A stretch of 63,275 bases of DNA, the filler included, from Bigelowiella natans CCMP2755 (Eukaryota; Protista; Cercozoa): the NCBI GenBank assembly GCA_000320545.1. It is 8 parts of 8 records of this genome, joined end to end, with 100 filler letters (N's around TTAATTAATTAA, not from the genome) between each part and the next. Parts side by side here need not be neighbours in the genome. Positions count along the whole stretch, not along the records: positions 51,490 to 54,835 come from ADNK01002916.1; positions 54,936 to 63,275 come from ADNK01002401.1; 6 more parts are not named here. The stretch is one strand, 5' to 3'. The translations under genes and the position numbers were made by a program. Below the pieces are notes generated by a model. The model saw nothing but the letters and a program-made list of their open reading frames with translations, was not told the DNA's origin and ran no database searches. Shown here one piece after another: positions 53,270-63,275 of the stretch. Every line of letters starts with the position of its first letter. The first letter of the stretch is position 1.

Positions 53270-53750
53270 GCCACTCATATGTATAACTTACTATGCGCAT
53301 GCGTGCACGGCGCCGCGTCTTGCATATAGCATCCTCTCGTCGCCACTAGCACTACATAAGGCTGCGCTGCAACAATGATTTTGGTCTGATGGCGCATGCC
53401 ATGCTAACATGCGCTGCTGTGCATGCTACGCTGGTATCCAGCCAGCCAGCCACACGGCGCAGTAACTTCGCATGCTAGCACATAATATGGCATGTGTGGG
53501 ACGGATGTAGTGAAAAAGATTACATTTTTCAACATAGTCATCCATGTACAAGTGGCATGCGATGCATGCTAGCATGCTATGATTGCTTCAGGCTAGCTAG
53601 CTAGGTTTGACGATCGTGCGCGCAAACAATGCATGCAATGTGGATCGTGGCCGCACTACATAGCACATACGCACATGCTGCATGGCGCAAGATTCACTCA
53701 CTGCTTAGCATTGCGCACAATGTAGCCGCAATCAAATATACACATAATAA
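53270..53750. other. Palindrome-rich 3'-3' intergenic island 8, GCTAGCTAGCTAG core at 53592-53604
   Basis: GCATGCGATGCATGCTAGCATGC and similar words between the RING (+) and NAA20 (-) ends. Confidence 0.85.
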
Positions 53751-54040
53751 CTTCGCTAATTATTAAAATTGATTTTGCAATCCAGATCGTCGCTCTGCTA
53801 GCTGTGAAGGCTCTCATGGTTGTATGTCGGCTGTCGCCGCGTTTAGCAGCTACCGGCCGCAACATGTCTCATCATGTGAAAACATAAAGGCGGGCGCTGT
53901 GGCAGCACGACGGACTCCGAATAAATCGTCTCTGTTGTCTAAAAAACTTGCTAGGCATGCAAGTGACTCACGACGCTGTATCACTAAAGATAAATGTATA
54001 TCATTGTTATCATTCTTCATCACTATCAGACTCTACACTG

Positions 54041-54236
54041 TCACGTATCCCCCGCCCCCGGATGCACCGGGTGCGGCAGGGGTATTATCGACTTCTTGTG
54101 CACGTCCCGGGGCAACGCTTTCCGCATATCTGACGAGAATGACGACGACGATGATGATGATGATGATGCTAACTGCGAGCAGAAGCATTACCAAAAAAAG
54201 GTTTGCATGCACAGAAATGTGCTTTCTCTCTCCCTC

Positions 54237-54273
<37 letters not shown>

Positions 54274-54476
54274 TTTCTCCTCGTATTCTTCTCCCTCGCC
54301 TAACAACCATATGCATCCTCCTCGCCCGAGTAATAGCCAATAACTTGCCGATAGATCGAGTATCCCTAAATGTTAGGATGGTGTGTGTGTGTGTGTGTGA
54401 GTGTGTGTGTGTGTATTTAAAGAGAAACGCGGATGATTCACTAGAGATATAATTATGTGGAATATTTAGCGTGAAA

Positions 54477-54524
<48 letters not shown>

Positions 54525-54630
54525 CTATGTATGAGAATATGCGTCAACTACCAGTTTTCTTGTACATCCCAAGTGCTACATCAATTTGATTTTCGCACGT
54601 AAAGGTCCACGAAGTAGCCCGTTGGTGCAC
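54041..54630 (-). CDS. NAA20: N-alpha-acetyltransferase 20 (NatB catalytic subunit), last three exons; frameshifts in the first visible exon
   Basis: GYFVDLYVRKSN / VALGMYKK / GYSIYRQVIGYYSGEEDAY|DMRKALPRDVHKKSIIPLPHPVHP closely matches the NAA20 C-terminus. Confidence 0.92.
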
Positions 54631-54835
54631 CTAAACACGGGTATGATCAGTGTTTGCGCTCTCAAAACATCAGGCTCGGCGAGAGTATAACCTGTTGGCT
54701 CATCTGGGTGCTCTCTCTGGTACCGAGATCGACGTGAGAGACTTTGAGCGGCATCGAGAGTCATAGACAAGGTCTTGTATGTAGTGGTGAATATCATTCA
54801 GGTGCGTAGCCACGCGCCAGGCGGGCCCTGCGTGA

Positions 54836-54935
54836 NNNNNNNNNNNNNNNNNNNNNNNNNNNNNNNNNNNNNNNNNNNNTTAATTAATTAANNNNNNNNN
54901 NNNNNNNNNNNNNNNNNNNNNNNNNNNNNNNNNNN
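54836..54935. other. Artificial contig spacer
   Basis: N44-TTAATTAATTAA-N44. Confidence 0.99.

Positions 54936-63275
<8,340 letters not shown>

Noticed and set aside
53824-54835. Possible continuation (His box) of the USP4/15-like gene across the gap
   Set aside because: The exons translate to NAA20, a separate gene on another contig.
9051-54935. Seven identical TTAATTAATTAA palindromes embedded in N runs
   Set aside because: Artificial six-frame-stop contig spacers. Adjacency across them is not biological evidence.

Overview
Eukaryotic nuclear DNA from an intron-rich alga/protist. Several proteins carry a signal peptide followed by a transit-like leader, which suggests a secondary-plastid alga such as a chlorarachniophyte; this is inference only. 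The window is eight contigs joined by seven artificial 100-bp spacers (N44-TTAATTAATTAA-N44). By splicing exons manually I recognise an mTERF-like repeat protein, a Sec1-family SCFD2/MIP3-like protein, a USP7-like deubiquitinase, a FYVE+TBC Rab-GAP, a SET/LSMT-like methyltransferase, a cold-shock-domain protein, an ankyrin-repeat protein, an acyltransferase-3, MSH2, NOP16, an AGC kinase C-terminus, a RING-H2 ligase, NAA20 (frameshifted) and a USP4/15-like deubiquitinase with a Tudor insert, plus several hypothetical genes. Most listed ORFs are microsatellite or intron artefacts. The most striking unexplained structure is architectural. Genes alternate strand almost strictly, and every tail-to-tail junction holds a 350-650 bp island dense in short palindromes (CTAG, TGCA, CATG, GCGC) around a (CTAG)2-4 core, which no head-to-head region has. 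Gene boundaries are hand-derived and approximate.
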